From: Vicinamibacteria bacterium | GTDB taxonomy: Bacteria; Acidobacteriota; Vicinamibacteria; Vicinamibacterales; CAVVIG01 | Length of the DNA: 64,000 nucleotides | Direction: 5' to 3' | NCBI GenBank assembly: GCA_041485905.1 | Contig: JBGPKK010000002.1 | Span: 4,484-68,483, forward strand | Shown: positions 8,647 to 20,359 of the stretch, piece after piece | How the letters are laid out: each line of letters begins with the position of its first letter | Position numbering within the stretch: position 1 is the first letter of the stretch | The notes under the pieces: model-generated | What the model saw: only the letters and a program-made list of their open reading frames with translations | Told to the model about the DNA's origin: nothing | Database searches by the model: none | Program-made: the position numbers and the translations under genes

Positions 8647-9845
8647 TAAAGACGGACCGTGAGCAACGCTTCGACGCGATCGAGAATCGCCATGGCGACC
8701 CGCGACTTGCTCTGGAGCGGCAGCGCCTCGCTTCCCTCAGGTCCCACGATCGTGACCGCGTTGGTGTCGACCCCAAACCCGGCGCCGGCGCGCGAGACGT
8801 CGTTGGCCACCATCAGATCGGCGTGCTTCGCCTCGCGCTTCGCAGACGCGTGGACAAGCACATGCTCCGTTTCGGCCGCGAACCCGACGAGCAGCGGACC
8901 GCGGCCCGATGCCATCCGGCCCCGGCCCAGCTCGGCGAGGATGTCGGGCGTCTTCTTCATGACCATCGTGACCGTGTCGCCGCCCTTCGGGACCTTCTGG
9001 TCGGAAGGTTCGGACGGCGTGTAATCGGCGACGGCCGCGGCCATCACGACCACCTGCATCTCGCCGGCGCGCGCGAGCACGGCGGCGTGCATCTCGGTCG
9101 CGCTCCGCACACGCACGATCTCGTGAACAGGCGGAGGATCGAGCGACGTCGGACCGGCCACCAGGGTGACCAGCGCGCCGCGGCGCGCGGCTTCACCGGC
9201 GATCGCAAATCCCATGCGTCCGCTCGATCGGTTACCGAGGTAGCGCACCGGATCGACATCCTCGTAGGTGGGGCCGGCCGTGACGAGGACGCGCTGGCCG
9301 TGAAGGGGACCCCGAGGTCTGAGGACGTCCTGGGCCGCGGCAACAATCTCGTCGGGCTCCGCGAGCCGTCCCTTCCCGATCCACCCGCACGCGAGATATC
9401 CCTCGCCCGGCTCGACGAAACGCACACCGCGGGCCGCCAGCGCGTTCAGGTTCGCGCGCACAGCCTCGTGCGCGAACATCTGCGTGTTCATGGCCGGAGC
9501 GACGAGCACCGGCGCACGCGTCGCGAGATACAGCGTCGAGAGAAAGTCGTCGGCGATGCCGTTGGCCATCTTGCCGAGGATGTTTGCCGTCGCGGGCGCA
9601 ATGATCAGGAGGTCGATGGTCGACGCGAGCGCGATGTGCCCGATGTCCGCGTTGGCCCCAGGCTCGAACTGATCGATGATGACCGGGCGCCGCGTGATCG
9701 CTTCGAACGTGATCGGGCCGACAAACCGCGTGGCGTTCGCGGTCATGACCGCCACGACCTCGTGGCCGCGCTTCTGCAGCCCGCGGACGACCTCGACCGC
9801 CTTATACGCGCCGATCCCGCCGCTCACGCCGAGCGCTATCAACAT
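8646..9845 (-). CDS. coaBC: bifunctional phosphopantothenoylcysteine decarboxylase / phosphopantothenate-cysteine ligase
   Basis: 399 aa. N-terminal flavoprotein domain (GVSGGIGAYK...PAMN) followed by a CoaB domain (VTAGPT...NRSSGRMG). Confidence 0.95.
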   Translation of the reverse strand: MLIALGVSGGIGAYKAVEVVRGLQKRGHEVVAVMTANATRFVGPITFEAITRRPVIIDQFEPGANADIGHIALASTIDLLIIAPATANILGKMANGIADDFLSTLYLATRAPVLVAPAMNTQMFAHEAVRANLNALAARGVRFVEPGEGYLACGWIGKGRLAEPDEIVAAAQDVLRPRGPLHGQRVLVTAGPTYEDVDPVRYLGNRSSGRMGFAIAGEAARRGALVTLVAGPTSLDPPPVHEIVRVRSATEMHAAVLARAGEMQVVVMAAAVADYTPSEPSDQKVPKGGDTVTMVMKKTPDILAELGRGRMASGRGPLLVGFAAETEHVLVHASAKREAKHADLMVANDVSRAGAGFGVDTNAVTIVGPEGSEALPLQSKSRVAMAILDRVEALLTVRL

Positions 9846-9848
9846 GAT

Positions 9849-10037
9849 CTATTTGGCGGGTTCTTCGGGCTCGATTCGCTCGACGACCTTGGTCACCACC
9901 TCTTGCTGCGCGACCGTGGTCTTCTTGTGGTCGCCGACGGTCACCCGGGGCACCGATCCGGCCATGAGCTGACGCGCCCGGGCGCCGGCGGTCACCACGA
10001 ACTCGAATGAATTGGTCAGCTTGCTCCGGTCTATCAT
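9849..10037 (-). CDS. rpoZ: DNA-directed RNA polymerase subunit omega
   Basis: 62 aa. N-terminal NSFEFVVTAGARARQL matches the omega signature, and the gene sits in the conserved gmk-rpoZ neighbourhood. Confidence 0.8.
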   Translation of the reverse strand: MIDRSKLTNSFEFVVTAGARARQLMAGSVPRVTVGDHKKTTVAQQEVVTKVVERIEPEEPAK

Positions 10038-10049
10038 TTTGTTCTTTCG

Positions 10050-10099
10050 TCGCGGGGCCCCACCCCCGCGGCCTGTGCCTCGCGGCCCCCGCCGCTCGG
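10050..10099 (-). promoter_or_regulatory. two tandem GC-rich hairpins in the gmk-rpoZ spacer
   Basis: CGCGGGG (10050-56) pairs with CCCCGCG (10062-68) around loop CCCCA. GCCTCGCGGC (10076-85) pairs with GCCGCTCGGC (10090-99) at 8/10 positions around loop CCCC. Neither hairpin is followed by a U-tract. Confidence 0.4.
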
Positions 10100-10139
10100 C
10101 ATTGTTAGTACCGACTGTCCGCTTAGTGAGGCAAACGGT

Positions 10140-10802
10140 CTACGAGAACGTTCTCACTATCTTCTCGGCTTCGTCGCGAATCGACCGTAGCCGCACACGC
10201 TCCGCGACGACGATGCCCCGGAGCCGGTCGACGGCTGCAGTCAGCTCGTCGTTGACGACGACGTAGTCGTACTCGGTGAAGGCGGCGACCTCCTCGCGCG
10301 CGACCTGCAGCCGGCGCTGAATCGCATCCTCGCTGTCCTTGCTGCGCCCGCGCAGGCGATCTTCCAGGACCGCGAACGACGGCGGCATCACGAAGACGGC
10401 CGTGGCGTCGATTCCGTTCTGTCGGACCTTGCGCGCGCCCTGCACGTCAATCACCAGCACGAGGTCGCTTCCCGATGCGAGGACACGGTCTGTGTCGCGC
10501 GATGAGGTGCCGTAGAGGTTGCCGAAGACGTCGGCCCACTCCAGGAACTCGCCACCGGCGATCATTCCCTCGAACCGGTGCCGCGTGACAAAATTATAGT
10601 CCACCCCGTCGATCTCGCCCTCGCGTGCGGAGCGCGACGTATAGGAGCGCGACATCTTCAGGTTCGGCACCTGTTCGACCAGTCGCTCGACCAACGTCGT
10701 CTTGCCGGCGCCGGAGGGGGCCGAGACGATGAAGAGCAGGCCCCGTCCCTCGACGGGCTCGGGACGCCCCGCGCTTGTCGAAGGGCGGTTGTTACTCGAC
10801 AT
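10140..10802 (-). CDS. gmk: guanylate kinase
   Basis: 220 aa with P-loop SAPSGAGKTT and TTR/YxF motifs. Overlaps the yicC stop by 11 nt. Confidence 0.9.
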   Translation of the reverse strand: MSSNNRPSTSAGRPEPVEGRGLLFIVSAPSGAGKTTLVERLVEQVPNLKMSRSYTSRSAREGEIDGVDYNFVTRHRFEGMIAGGEFLEWADVFGNLYGTSSRDTDRVLASGSDLVLVIDVQGARKVRQNGIDATAVFVMPPSFAVLEDRLRGRSKDSEDAIQRRLQVAREEVAAFTEYDYVVVNDELTAAVDRLRGIVVAERVRLRSIRDEAEKIVRTFS

Positions 10803-11681
10803 TCTGGACCTGCTCGCGCATCTTCTCGAGCTCAGCCTTCGCTTCGATGATCACCTCTGATACGCGGAGGCCGTCGGCCTTCGAACCCATCGTATTCACT
10901 TCGCGATTCATTTCCTGAAGGAGAAAATCGAGCTTGCGGCCGCACGGGTCGGCGCTGTCGGCGAGCGCCATCCAATGCGACGTGTGACCACGAAAGCGAG
11001 TCACTTCCTCGCTGATGTCCGATCGCGCCGCCATCCGAACGATCTCCTGGGCGACGGCGGTCTCGTCGGCCTGCAGCTCGGTCCGCAGCTCCCGTACGCG
11101 GTCCGCCAGACGCTGCTCCATCGCCGTCCGCCCTTCGTCGGCGGCGGCGGCAATCCGCTCCACGAGGCCGGAGACCAGCGTGCGGCGCTGGTCGAGGTCC
11201 CGCCGCAAATGATCGCCCTCGCGCGTCCGCATCGTGTCGAGATCGGCCAGCGCCTCGCCGACCGCTGCGCATGCGCGATCGGCCAGCTCCTTCTCGACAG
11301 CCTCGTCGGCGTCGCCCTGCCGCTCGCGGATGGTCAGCGCCTGCGGGAGCCGGAGGAGATCGCCTGGCGTCAGCGGTCCTGCGACCAGTCCGCGCGCTCT
11401 CGCCTGATCGAGCGCGGTTGAGAGCGCGTTGCCGAACGCTTCGTTGAACTCGACGTCGACCGCCGTCCCTTGCCGAAGTTGCAGTGAGATGCCGAGCTCC
11501 ACGCGGCCGCGCGCTACGCGCTGACCCACCAGCGATCGCACCTCCGGCTCGATAGCCGCCAACGCCTGAGGGACCCGCACCTGCAAATCCAGGTAGCGGT
11601 GATTCAGTGTCCGGATCGTCACGGCAATCGTCCCGCGATCGTCCTCGCGCGAGACCGAGGCAAAACCGGTCATCGATTTGA

Positions 11682-11685
<4 letters not shown>
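10792..11685 (-). CDS. yicC: YicC/YloC-family stress-induced protein (endoribonuclease family)
   Basis: 297 aa. N-terminal MIKSMTGFA and C-terminal EIIEAKAELEKMREQVQNVE are hallmarks of YicC. Confidence 0.85.
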
Positions 11686-13484
<1,799 letters not shown>

Positions 13485-14435
13485 TCCCAGGCCGTTCTGA
13501 CAATCGATTCCAGATCCGGGAACCTCGGCGTCCAGTGCAGCGCGGCCTGAGCCTTCAGCGCCGTCGCGAACAACGCGGCGGGATCGCCCGGACGCCGGGC
13601 GCCGACCGTCCGCGGCACCTTGTGCGCCGTCACGCGCTCAACCATGTCGATGACTTCACGCACCGAATGCGGCCGGCCGGTGCCCAGGTTGAAGGCGCCG
13701 GAGGCTCCCCTTTCGACCAGCCTCTGGAGCGCCCGCACGTGCGCATCGGCGAGATCGGACACGTGCACGTAGTCGCGCAGGCAGGTGCCGTCGGGCGTCG
13801 GGTAGTCCTCGCCAAATACCTCCAACGGTGGGCCGCCCATCGCAGCGGCGATGGCCCGGGGGATCAGGTGGATTTCCGGCGAATGATCTTCGCCCAGTTC
13901 ACCGTCGGGGTCCGCGCCGGCCGCGTTGAAGTACCGCAGCGCAATCCATCCGAGGCCATACGCACGCTCGAAATGGACGAGCGCGCGCTCGATGGCGAGC
14001 TTGGTGTCCCCGTAGGCGCTGATGGGCCTCTGCGGATGCGTTTCCGCGATCGGCGTCTCGATTGGATCGCCGTAGATCGCGCAGGTTGACGAGAACACAA
14101 AGTGGCGCCGCTGCTCCGCCACCATCGCCTCGAGGACGCTCATGGCGCCGCCAACGTTGTTGCGGTAGTAGCGGGCCGGATCGCGGACCGATTCTCCCAC
14201 GTCGAGAAACGCCGCGAAGTGCATGACCGCGGAGATGTCGTGCTGCTGCAGCGCCCTGCGCACGGCGGCCATGTCGGTGATATCGCCTTCGACCAACTCC
14301 CCGTACCGAACCGCTTCGCGGTGACCCGCCACCAGATTGTCGAAGACGACGACCCTGTGACCGGCCCGATGGAGCGCCTTGGCGGCGTGGCTGCCGATGT
14401 ACCCGGCGCCGCCGGTGACGAGGACGCCCCCCGGC

Positions 14436-15737
14436 CTAGCGTCCAATGGAAAAATACGTGAAGCCGAGCGCGCGCATGTGCTCGGGCGAGTAGATATTGC
14501 GGCCGTCGAACACGATCGGCACGCGGAGGAGGGAGCGCATCTTGTCGAAATCCGGCTCGCGGAATTCGTTCCATTCCGTCACGATCGCCAGCGCGTCGGC
14601 GCCGACCAGCGCATCGTAGCTCTTCTCGCACAGCGCGATGCGGCCGCCAAAGATGCGGCGCGCCGTGGCCGCCGCCTCGGGATCGTAGGCACGCACCGTG
14701 GCGCCGAGCGCCAGCAGCCGGTCGATGATGGCAATCGCCGGCGCGTCGCGCATGTCGTCGGTGCGCGGCTTGAACGCGAGGCCCCACAAGGCGATCGTCC
14801 GCCCTTTGAGGCTCTTGAAGTGCGCCTCCATTTTCTCGACGAGGCGCCCCTTCTGTCCGTCGTTGACCGCCTCGACGGCGCGCAGAATCTTGAAGTCGTA
14901 TCCCTTGTCCATCGACGACTTGAGGAGCGCCTTCACGTCCTTCGGGAAGCAACTGCCGCCGTACCCGACGCCGGGAAACAGGAACGACGTGCCGATGCGC
15001 CGATCCGATCCGATCGCTTTGCGCACGTGATCGACGTCGGCGCCGACGGTCTCGCAGACGTTCGCGATCTCGTTCATGAACGAGATGCGCATCGCGAGAA
15101 TGGAATTCGCGGCGTACTTGCACAGCTCGGCGCTCGCCGTATCCATCATCAGAACCGGCGCGCCCGTGCGCGTGAACGACGCGTACAGCTCCTTCATGAT
15201 CTCGGCGGCCCGATCATCGCCCGGCTCAGTGCCGATGACGACGCGATCCGGCTTCATGAAATCTTCGAGCGCCGCTCCCTGTTTCATGAACTCCGGATTG
15301 CTCACGACGCTGAACGGCTGGGTGGTTTCGCGCGCGATCGCCTCCCGCACTCTGCCGGCCGTGCCGACGGGCACCGTGCTCTTGTCCACGACGACCATGT
15401 AGCTCGTCATCGCGCGGCCGACGTCTCGAGCCACCGCGAGCACGTGTTGCAGATCGGCGGAGCCGTCCTCGTCTTGCGGCGTCCCGACCGCGATGAACAC
15501 GATCTCTGAGGCGCGCACCGCCGCGGGCAGGTCGGTGGTAAACCTCAAACGCTCTTCGGCGTGGTTGCGCCGCACCAGTTCTTCGAGCCCCGGCTCGTAG
15601 ATCGGCATCCGGCCGGCTTCGAGCGTCGCAATCTTTGCCTCGTCCTTGTCGACACAACACACGTTGTTCCCGTTCTCGGCGAGGCAGGCGCCCACCACGA
15701 GACCGACATACCCTGTCCCGACGACGGTGATTCGCAT
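14436..15737 (-). CDS. ugd: UDP-glucose 6-dehydrogenase
   Basis: 433 aa. The N-terminus MRITVVGTGYVGLVVGACLAENG, GGSCFPKD catalytic Cys motif and C-terminal UDP-binding domain are all present. Confidence 0.9.
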   Translation of the reverse strand: MRITVVGTGYVGLVVGACLAENGNNVCCVDKDEAKIATLEAGRMPIYEPGLEELVRRNHAEERLRFTTDLPAAVRASEIVFIAVGTPQDEDGSADLQHVLAVARDVGRAMTSYMVVVDKSTVPVGTAGRVREAIARETTQPFSVVSNPEFMKQGAALEDFMKPDRVVIGTEPGDDRAAEIMKELYASFTRTGAPVLMMDTASAELCKYAANSILAMRISFMNEIANVCETVGADVDHVRKAIGSDRRIGTSFLFPGVGYGGSCFPKDVKALLKSSMDKGYDFKILRAVEAVNDGQKGRLVEKMEAHFKSLKGRTIALWGLAFKPRTDDMRDAPAIAIIDRLLALGATVRAYDPEAAATARRIFGGRIALCEKSYDALVGADALAIVTEWNEFREPDFDKMRSLLRVPIVFDGRNIYSPEHMRALGFTYFSIGR

Positions 15738-15774
15738 TTCACAATAAGATACTGAGTCGGAAAGACTTAAACAA

Positions 15775-16935
15775 GTGCGCGTCCTGTTGGATTATCGGCC
15801 GGCGCTCCGCGAACGCACCGGCGTCGGCGAGTATGCCTATCAACTCGCCAGAGCATTGCTGGCCGCATTCCCGCCGGGAACATCCGCCCGGCCGCTCGAT
15901 CTGACGCTGTTCTCGAGCTCGTGGAAGGACCGGATCGATCCCGATCGTGATCTGGACGGGGCGCGTGTCGTTGATCGCCGCGTGCCGGTCGGCGCGCTGA
16001 ATCTGGCGTGGCACAGGCTCGAGTGGCCCTCTGCGGAGATGCTCGCCAGGGGCCAATTCGACGTGGTGCACTCGCCGCATCCGCTGCTGATGCCGTCACG
16101 AACGGCCGCGCGCGTCGTGACGATTCACGATCTGTACTTCCTCACGCATCCGGACCGCACGCGGGCGGAAATTCGGCGCGACTATCCAAGCCTCGCACGC
16201 GATCATGCGCGCCGCGCGGACCAGATCATCGTTCCCTCGCGGTTCACGGCACTGGAAGTCGAGCGACGCCTGGACGTTCCCCCCGACCGGATTGCCGTGT
16301 GCCCGCATGGCAGGCCGGACTGGACGCCGCGTGCGGCAGCGCCATCAGGCGCTGGATACATACTCTTCCTCGGCACGCTCGAACCGCGCAAGAACGTCGG
16401 GGGACTTCTGGACGCGTACGAGCGGTTATTGGATCTCTGTGGTCCGTCCAAAGCAGGAGGCCACATGCGAGTGCCGGAGCTCGTTCTTGCGGGAAAGGCC
16501 GGCGGAGATGCGCGGCCCTGGCTGGACCGCATCGCCCGGCCGCCGCTTCACGGCCTCGTGCGCCACGTCGGCTATGTGGACCCGGCTGGCCGCCGAGCGC
16601 TGTTCGAAGGCGCACGCATGCTCATTCAGCCGTCGTTCGAGGAAGGTTTCGGATTCCCGGTGCTCGAAGCGATGACCGTCGGCGTGCCGGTCGTTGCCGC
16701 CAGCCGCGGCGCCCTTCCTGAAGTTCTCGGCGACGCGGGCCTGTTGGTCGACCCCGAGGATCCGGATGGGATGGCGTCCGCGATGGCGCGGTTGATCGGG
16801 GACGACGGGCTGGCCGCGGCGAGCGCATCCAAGGGCGTGCTGCGCTCGCGTGAATTCGATTGGCACCACACCGCGCACCGGGTGTACGAGGCGTACGCGC
16901 TGGCGATCGAACACCGGACATGCGAATCGGCATAG
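15775..16935 (+). CDS. glycosyltransferase family 4 (GT-B)
   Basis: 386 aa with a GTG start. C-terminal EEGFGFPVLEAMTVGVPVVAS motif (E-x7-E type). Confidence 0.85.
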   Translation: MRVLLDYRPALRERTGVGEYAYQLARALLAAFPPGTSARPLDLTLFSSSWKDRIDPDRDLDGARVVDRRVPVGALNLAWHRLEWPSAEMLARGQFDVVHSPHPLLMPSRTAARVVTIHDLYFLTHPDRTRAEIRRDYPSLARDHARRADQIIVPSRFTALEVERRLDVPPDRIAVCPHGRPDWTPRAAAPSGAGYILFLGTLEPRKNVGGLLDAYERLLDLCGPSKAGGHMRVPELVLAGKAGGDARPWLDRIARPPLHGLVRHVGYVDPAGRRALFEGARMLIQPSFEEGFGFPVLEAMTVGVPVVAASRGALPEVLGDAGLLVDPEDPDGMASAMARLIGDDGLAAASASKGVLRSREFDWHHTAHRVYEAYALAIEHRTCESA

Positions 16936-18035
16936 ATGCGCGGGAGCTCTGCGGTCGCGCGACCGGCGCCGGCCGGTACCTCGGTGGACTTCTGCACGAG
17001 TGGGCGTCGGACGAAACGACCCGCCGCCACGAGTTCGTTCTCTACTCGCCTGAACCGATCAACCCCGAGCTCGATTCGCGCCGGTTCCAGACGCGCCTCG
17101 TCACGGGGAAGGCCGGCACATGGTGGGAGCAGGTCCGTTTGCCGAAAGTGGTATCCCCCGATCATCTCGACGTGTTCTTTGCGCCGGCGTACACGGCGCC
17201 GCTTCGTCTGCGCGTGCCGATGGTTGTCGCGATCCACGATCTGTCGTTTGTCGCGCATCCAGAATGGTTCCGAATGCGTGAAGGCGTTCGCCGCCGGCTG
17301 ATGACGCGGCAATCCGCGAAGCGGGCCCGCGCCATCGTCACCATTTCCGAGTGTTCCCGCCGCGAGCTGATCGATTCCTTGAGCATCGCCGCCGACCGTG
17401 TGCACGTCATTCCGCCAGGTGTAAGCGCACCCGCGGCCGACCGGCCGGGCGATGCACACGACGCACACGGGGACCGCGTGCTGTTTGTCGGCTCGATCTT
17501 CAACAGACGCCACGTGCCGGATCTGGTTCGATCGTTCGCCCTGGTCGCGCGCCGGCATCCAGAAGCGTTTCTCGACCTCGTCGGAGACAACAGAACGTAC
17601 CCGCACGAAGATCTGCAGCGCACGATTACATCGGAGGGACTCGACGGCCGCGTCCGCTGGCATCGGTACGTGTCGGACGACGAGCTTCGAGATCTGTACG
17701 CACGGGCCCGCGCCTTTGCGTTCCTGTCCGAGTACGAAGGATTGGGACTGACGCCGCTCGAAGCGCTGGCAGCGGGTGTTCCGCCGCTGCTGCTCGACAC
17801 GCCGGTGGCGCACGAAACGTGCGGCGACGCCGCGCTCTACGTGGGCATGGGCGATCTGTCCGCGACAGCGCGGGCGTTGGAGCAGATTCTGACCCACGAG
17901 CCGACTCGCGTGCGTCTGATCGCGGCGGCGCCGGCCGCGCTGGCCAAGTACAGTTGGCCGCGTGCCGCAAGAGAAACGCTGGAGCTCATTGAGAAGTCAG
18001 GTGGGTCCGGTGGGTCAGGCAGGTCTGGTGGGTAG
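16920..18035 (+). CDS. glycosyltransferase family 4 (GT-B)
   Basis: ATG at 16920 (MRIGIDARE), overlapping the upstream stop. YEGLGLTPLEALAAGVPPL motif. The C-terminal tail GGSGGSGRSGG is encoded by the 9-nt repeat array. Confidence 0.85.
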   Translation: MRIGIDARELCGRATGAGRYLGGLLHEWASDETTRRHEFVLYSPEPINPELDSRRFQTRLVTGKAGTWWEQVRLPKVVSPDHLDVFFAPAYTAPLRLRVPMVVAIHDLSFVAHPEWFRMREGVRRRLMTRQSAKRARAIVTISECSRRELIDSLSIAADRVHVIPPGVSAPAADRPGDAHDAHGDRVLFVGSIFNRRHVPDLVRSFALVARRHPEAFLDLVGDNRTYPHEDLQRTITSEGLDGRVRWHRYVSDDELRDLYARARAFAFLSEYEGLGLTPLEALAAGVPPLLLDTPVAHETCGDAALYVGMGDLSATARALEQILTHEPTRVRLIAAAPAALAKYSWPRAARETLELIEKSGGSGGSGRSGG

Positions 18036-18078
18036 AGCTGCACCGGTTTGTCCGACCTACCCGGCCTACCAGACCGGG
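18000..18078. repeat. 9-nt minisatellite array with a partial inverted copy (hairpin-forming)
   Basis: GGTGGGTCC GGTGGGTCA GGCAGGTCT GGTGGGTAG (18000-18035), then CCGACCTACCCGGCCTACCAGACC (18052-18076). GGTCTGGT pairs with ACCAGACC, and GGGTAG pairs with CTACCC. Confidence 0.65.
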
Positions 18079-18080
18079 TG

Positions 18081-18902
18081 ATGCCGACCTTGCCGGACCT
18101 CTCGATCATCATCGTTTCGTTCAACGCCCGGGTGGATCTCGAGCGCTGCCTCGCATCGCTGCACCACTCGCCGCCCGCGATTTCGCACGAGATCATCGTT
18201 GTCGACAACGCGTCGGACGACGGCAGCGCGACGGCGGCGAGAGCGTGGCCGGACCTTCGCATCATCGAAACCGGCGCCAATCTCGGGTTCGCACGTGCCA
18301 CCAACGTCGGCATCCGCGTGAGCACGGGTGCCTATCTATTGCTGCTCAACAGCGACACCATCGTCCCGTTGGGTGCCATCGATGGCCTGGTTGCCGACCT
18401 GCGGAAACACGAGGACGTTGCCGTCGTCGGTCCGCGACTCGTGGATGCGAACCAGCGCGCAGAGGTTTCGTTCGGCTCGATGATCGGCCCGTTCAACGAG
18501 CTTCGGCAAAAGGTGCTCGTTCGAGGACACGAGCGCCGGATCGGAATCGTCTCGTCGCTGGTCGAAGCGCGCACGCGCCAGCCGCATTTCCCCGACTGGG
18601 TCAGCGGCGCGTGTCTGCTGGTGCGGCGGGCGGACGCGGAGGCCGTCGGGCTTCTTGACGAGCGGTACTTCATGTATGCGGAGGATGTCGATTTCTGCGC
18701 CGCTATTCGCGCCCGCGGCCGCCGCATCAGGTTTACGCCCGACGTGACGGTCGTCCACCGCCGCGGACGCTCCGCCGCGACAGCGCGCCAGACGACCGAT
18801 ACCGCGTACCGGCGAAGCCAGTTGGCGTTTTACGAGAAACACCACCCGCGCTGGGTCCCGTTCCTGCGTTTGTATTTGCGTCTCCGCGGCATCGCCTCGT
18901 AA
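18081..18902 (+). CDS. glycosyltransferase family 2
   Basis: ATG at 18081 (MPTLPDLSIIIVSFN...DNASDDGS), a typical GT2 N-terminus with the DxD region LLLNSD. The track ORF starts at TTG 18048, inside the repeat. Confidence 0.85.
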   Translation: MPTLPDLSIIIVSFNARVDLERCLASLHHSPPAISHEIIVVDNASDDGSATAARAWPDLRIIETGANLGFARATNVGIRVSTGAYLLLLNSDTIVPLGAIDGLVADLRKHEDVAVVGPRLVDANQRAEVSFGSMIGPFNELRQKVLVRGHERRIGIVSSLVEARTRQPHFPDWVSGACLLVRRADAEAVGLLDERYFMYAEDVDFCAAIRARGRRIRFTPDVTVVHRRGRSAATARQTTDTAYRRSQLAFYEKHHPRWVPFLRLYLRLRGIAS

Positions 18903-18971
18903 GATCGACTTCCCCCCAGGCGTCCGCCAGCCCGATGTGCACGTTCCAGAGGGCTGCGGGAAGGTATTCAC

Positions 18972-20351
18972 ATGGCCGCGACCGACGAGACGACGTTCAG
19001 TTGGGTGTGTCCGGCCTGTGGACGCCTCGTACCGCGCAAGCTGCGTGAGTGCCGATGCGGACACGTGCAGGGTGCCGCGACCACCCAGCTCGGAGAGCGC
19101 GGGTCGACGGAGCCGATCGCCGAATCCCACCGTTCGTCTGGAATCGGATTGATCGCAGCCCTGCTTGTCGTGGCCGTGGGGCTGTTCTGGATGAACACGC
19201 GCCGCACGCCCGAACACGCAGCGCCGTCAGCGGTCAGGCCGGAACGCGTTTCCCCACCACCGATTGCGCCGATTTCGCCGATCGCGGCGCCGAAGATACC
19301 ACCGCCTCCTGTCGCGGTCGGGCCGTCGCCGCTCCAACCGACGACGAACGGCGTCGCGCCACTGCAAGCCACCGAGAATCTGTCGATCGAAGAAGTCGTC
19401 GGCCGTGCGATGCCGTCGGTTGTGCTCATCGAAACGGCCACCGCACGTGGCAGCGGCTTCTTCGTGAAGCCGGACACCATCATCACCAACGCGCACGTCG
19501 TCGGCGCCGAATCATCGGTGACGATCCATCGCGGCAACGGGGACAGGACGTCGGCGCGCGTCGAGCGGGTGTCGCAGGAATTCGACCTGGCGGTGCTGAA
19601 GACCTCCATCCCATTCGACAACCAGCGCGTGGTTGCGCTCGGATCGGTCTCGGGGCTCCGCGCGGGTCAGGAGGTCATCGCCATCGGATCGCCGCTCGGC
19701 GTGCTCCAGAACAGCGTCACGCGCGGCATCGTGAGCAGCATTCGACAGCTCGGCGCCGTCACCGTCGTGCAGACCGACGCCGCCATCAATCCGGGCAACA
19801 GCGGCGGGCCACTGCTCGATCGCCATGGCGATGTCATCGGCATCACGACGATGGGCGTGAAAGCCGCTCAAGGGTTGTCGTTTGCGGTCGCCGCCGATCA
19901 CGCTCGCCAACTGCTCGACGGTCAGCGCTCGGATCCGGCGACCAACGCGACGCCGCTCTCGAGCCTCAACACCACGCTTCAGGGGACGGCGGCCTCCTCC
20001 GGCTCCGAGGATCTCCGTCAGAAGGGAGCGTCCGTCTACGAGGAGACGCTCGCGAAGCTCGCGCGCCGCGCCGACGGCCTCGACGATTACTGGCGCCGGT
20101 TCAAGGCGTCGTGTTACCAAGGAAAAATCGTGGGGACGTTCGAGCACGAGTGGTTCGCGATCTGGAATCCCCGAGCTATGCCTGGCGCCGTCCCGCAGTG
20201 GTGCGCCGAGACGTTCGCCGACGTCAAGCGCAATGCCGAGCAGATCCACGACGAAGTGTTGACGGCGGAGGAAGCCGCACGACAGGCCGGCGTCTACCCT
20301 GGCGCGCGGCGTGACGCGCGCCGCCGGCACCGCCTCGAGGCCCTGGATTGA
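18972..20351 (+). CDS. zinc-ribbon / single-TM / trypsin-like (S1C) serine protease, no PDZ
   Basis: 459 aa. CPACG...CRCGH zinc ribbon, TM GIGLIAALLVVAVGLFW, Pro-rich linker, catalytic triad context TNAHVV / DLAVLK / GNSGGPLLD, and an unassigned C-terminal domain of about 120 aa. Confidence 0.8.
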   Translation: MAATDETTFSWVCPACGRLVPRKLRECRCGHVQGAATTQLGERGSTEPIAESHRSSGIGLIAALLVVAVGLFWMNTRRTPEHAAPSAVRPERVSPPPIAPISPIAAPKIPPPPVAVGPSPLQPTTNGVAPLQATENLSIEEVVGRAMPSVVLIETATARGSGFFVKPDTIITNAHVVGAESSVTIHRGNGDRTSARVERVSQEFDLAVLKTSIPFDNQRVVALGSVSGLRAGQEVIAIGSPLGVLQNSVTRGIVSSIRQLGAVTVVQTDAAINPGNSGGPLLDRHGDVIGITTMGVKAAQGLSFAVAADHARQLLDGQRSDPATNATPLSSLNTTLQGTAASSGSEDLRQKGASVYEETLAKLARRADGLDDYWRRFKASCYQGKIVGTFEHEWFAIWNPRAMPGAVPQWCAETFADVKRNAEQIHDEVLTAEEAARQAGVYPGARRDARRRHRLEALD

Positions 20352-20359
20352 TGATGGCA

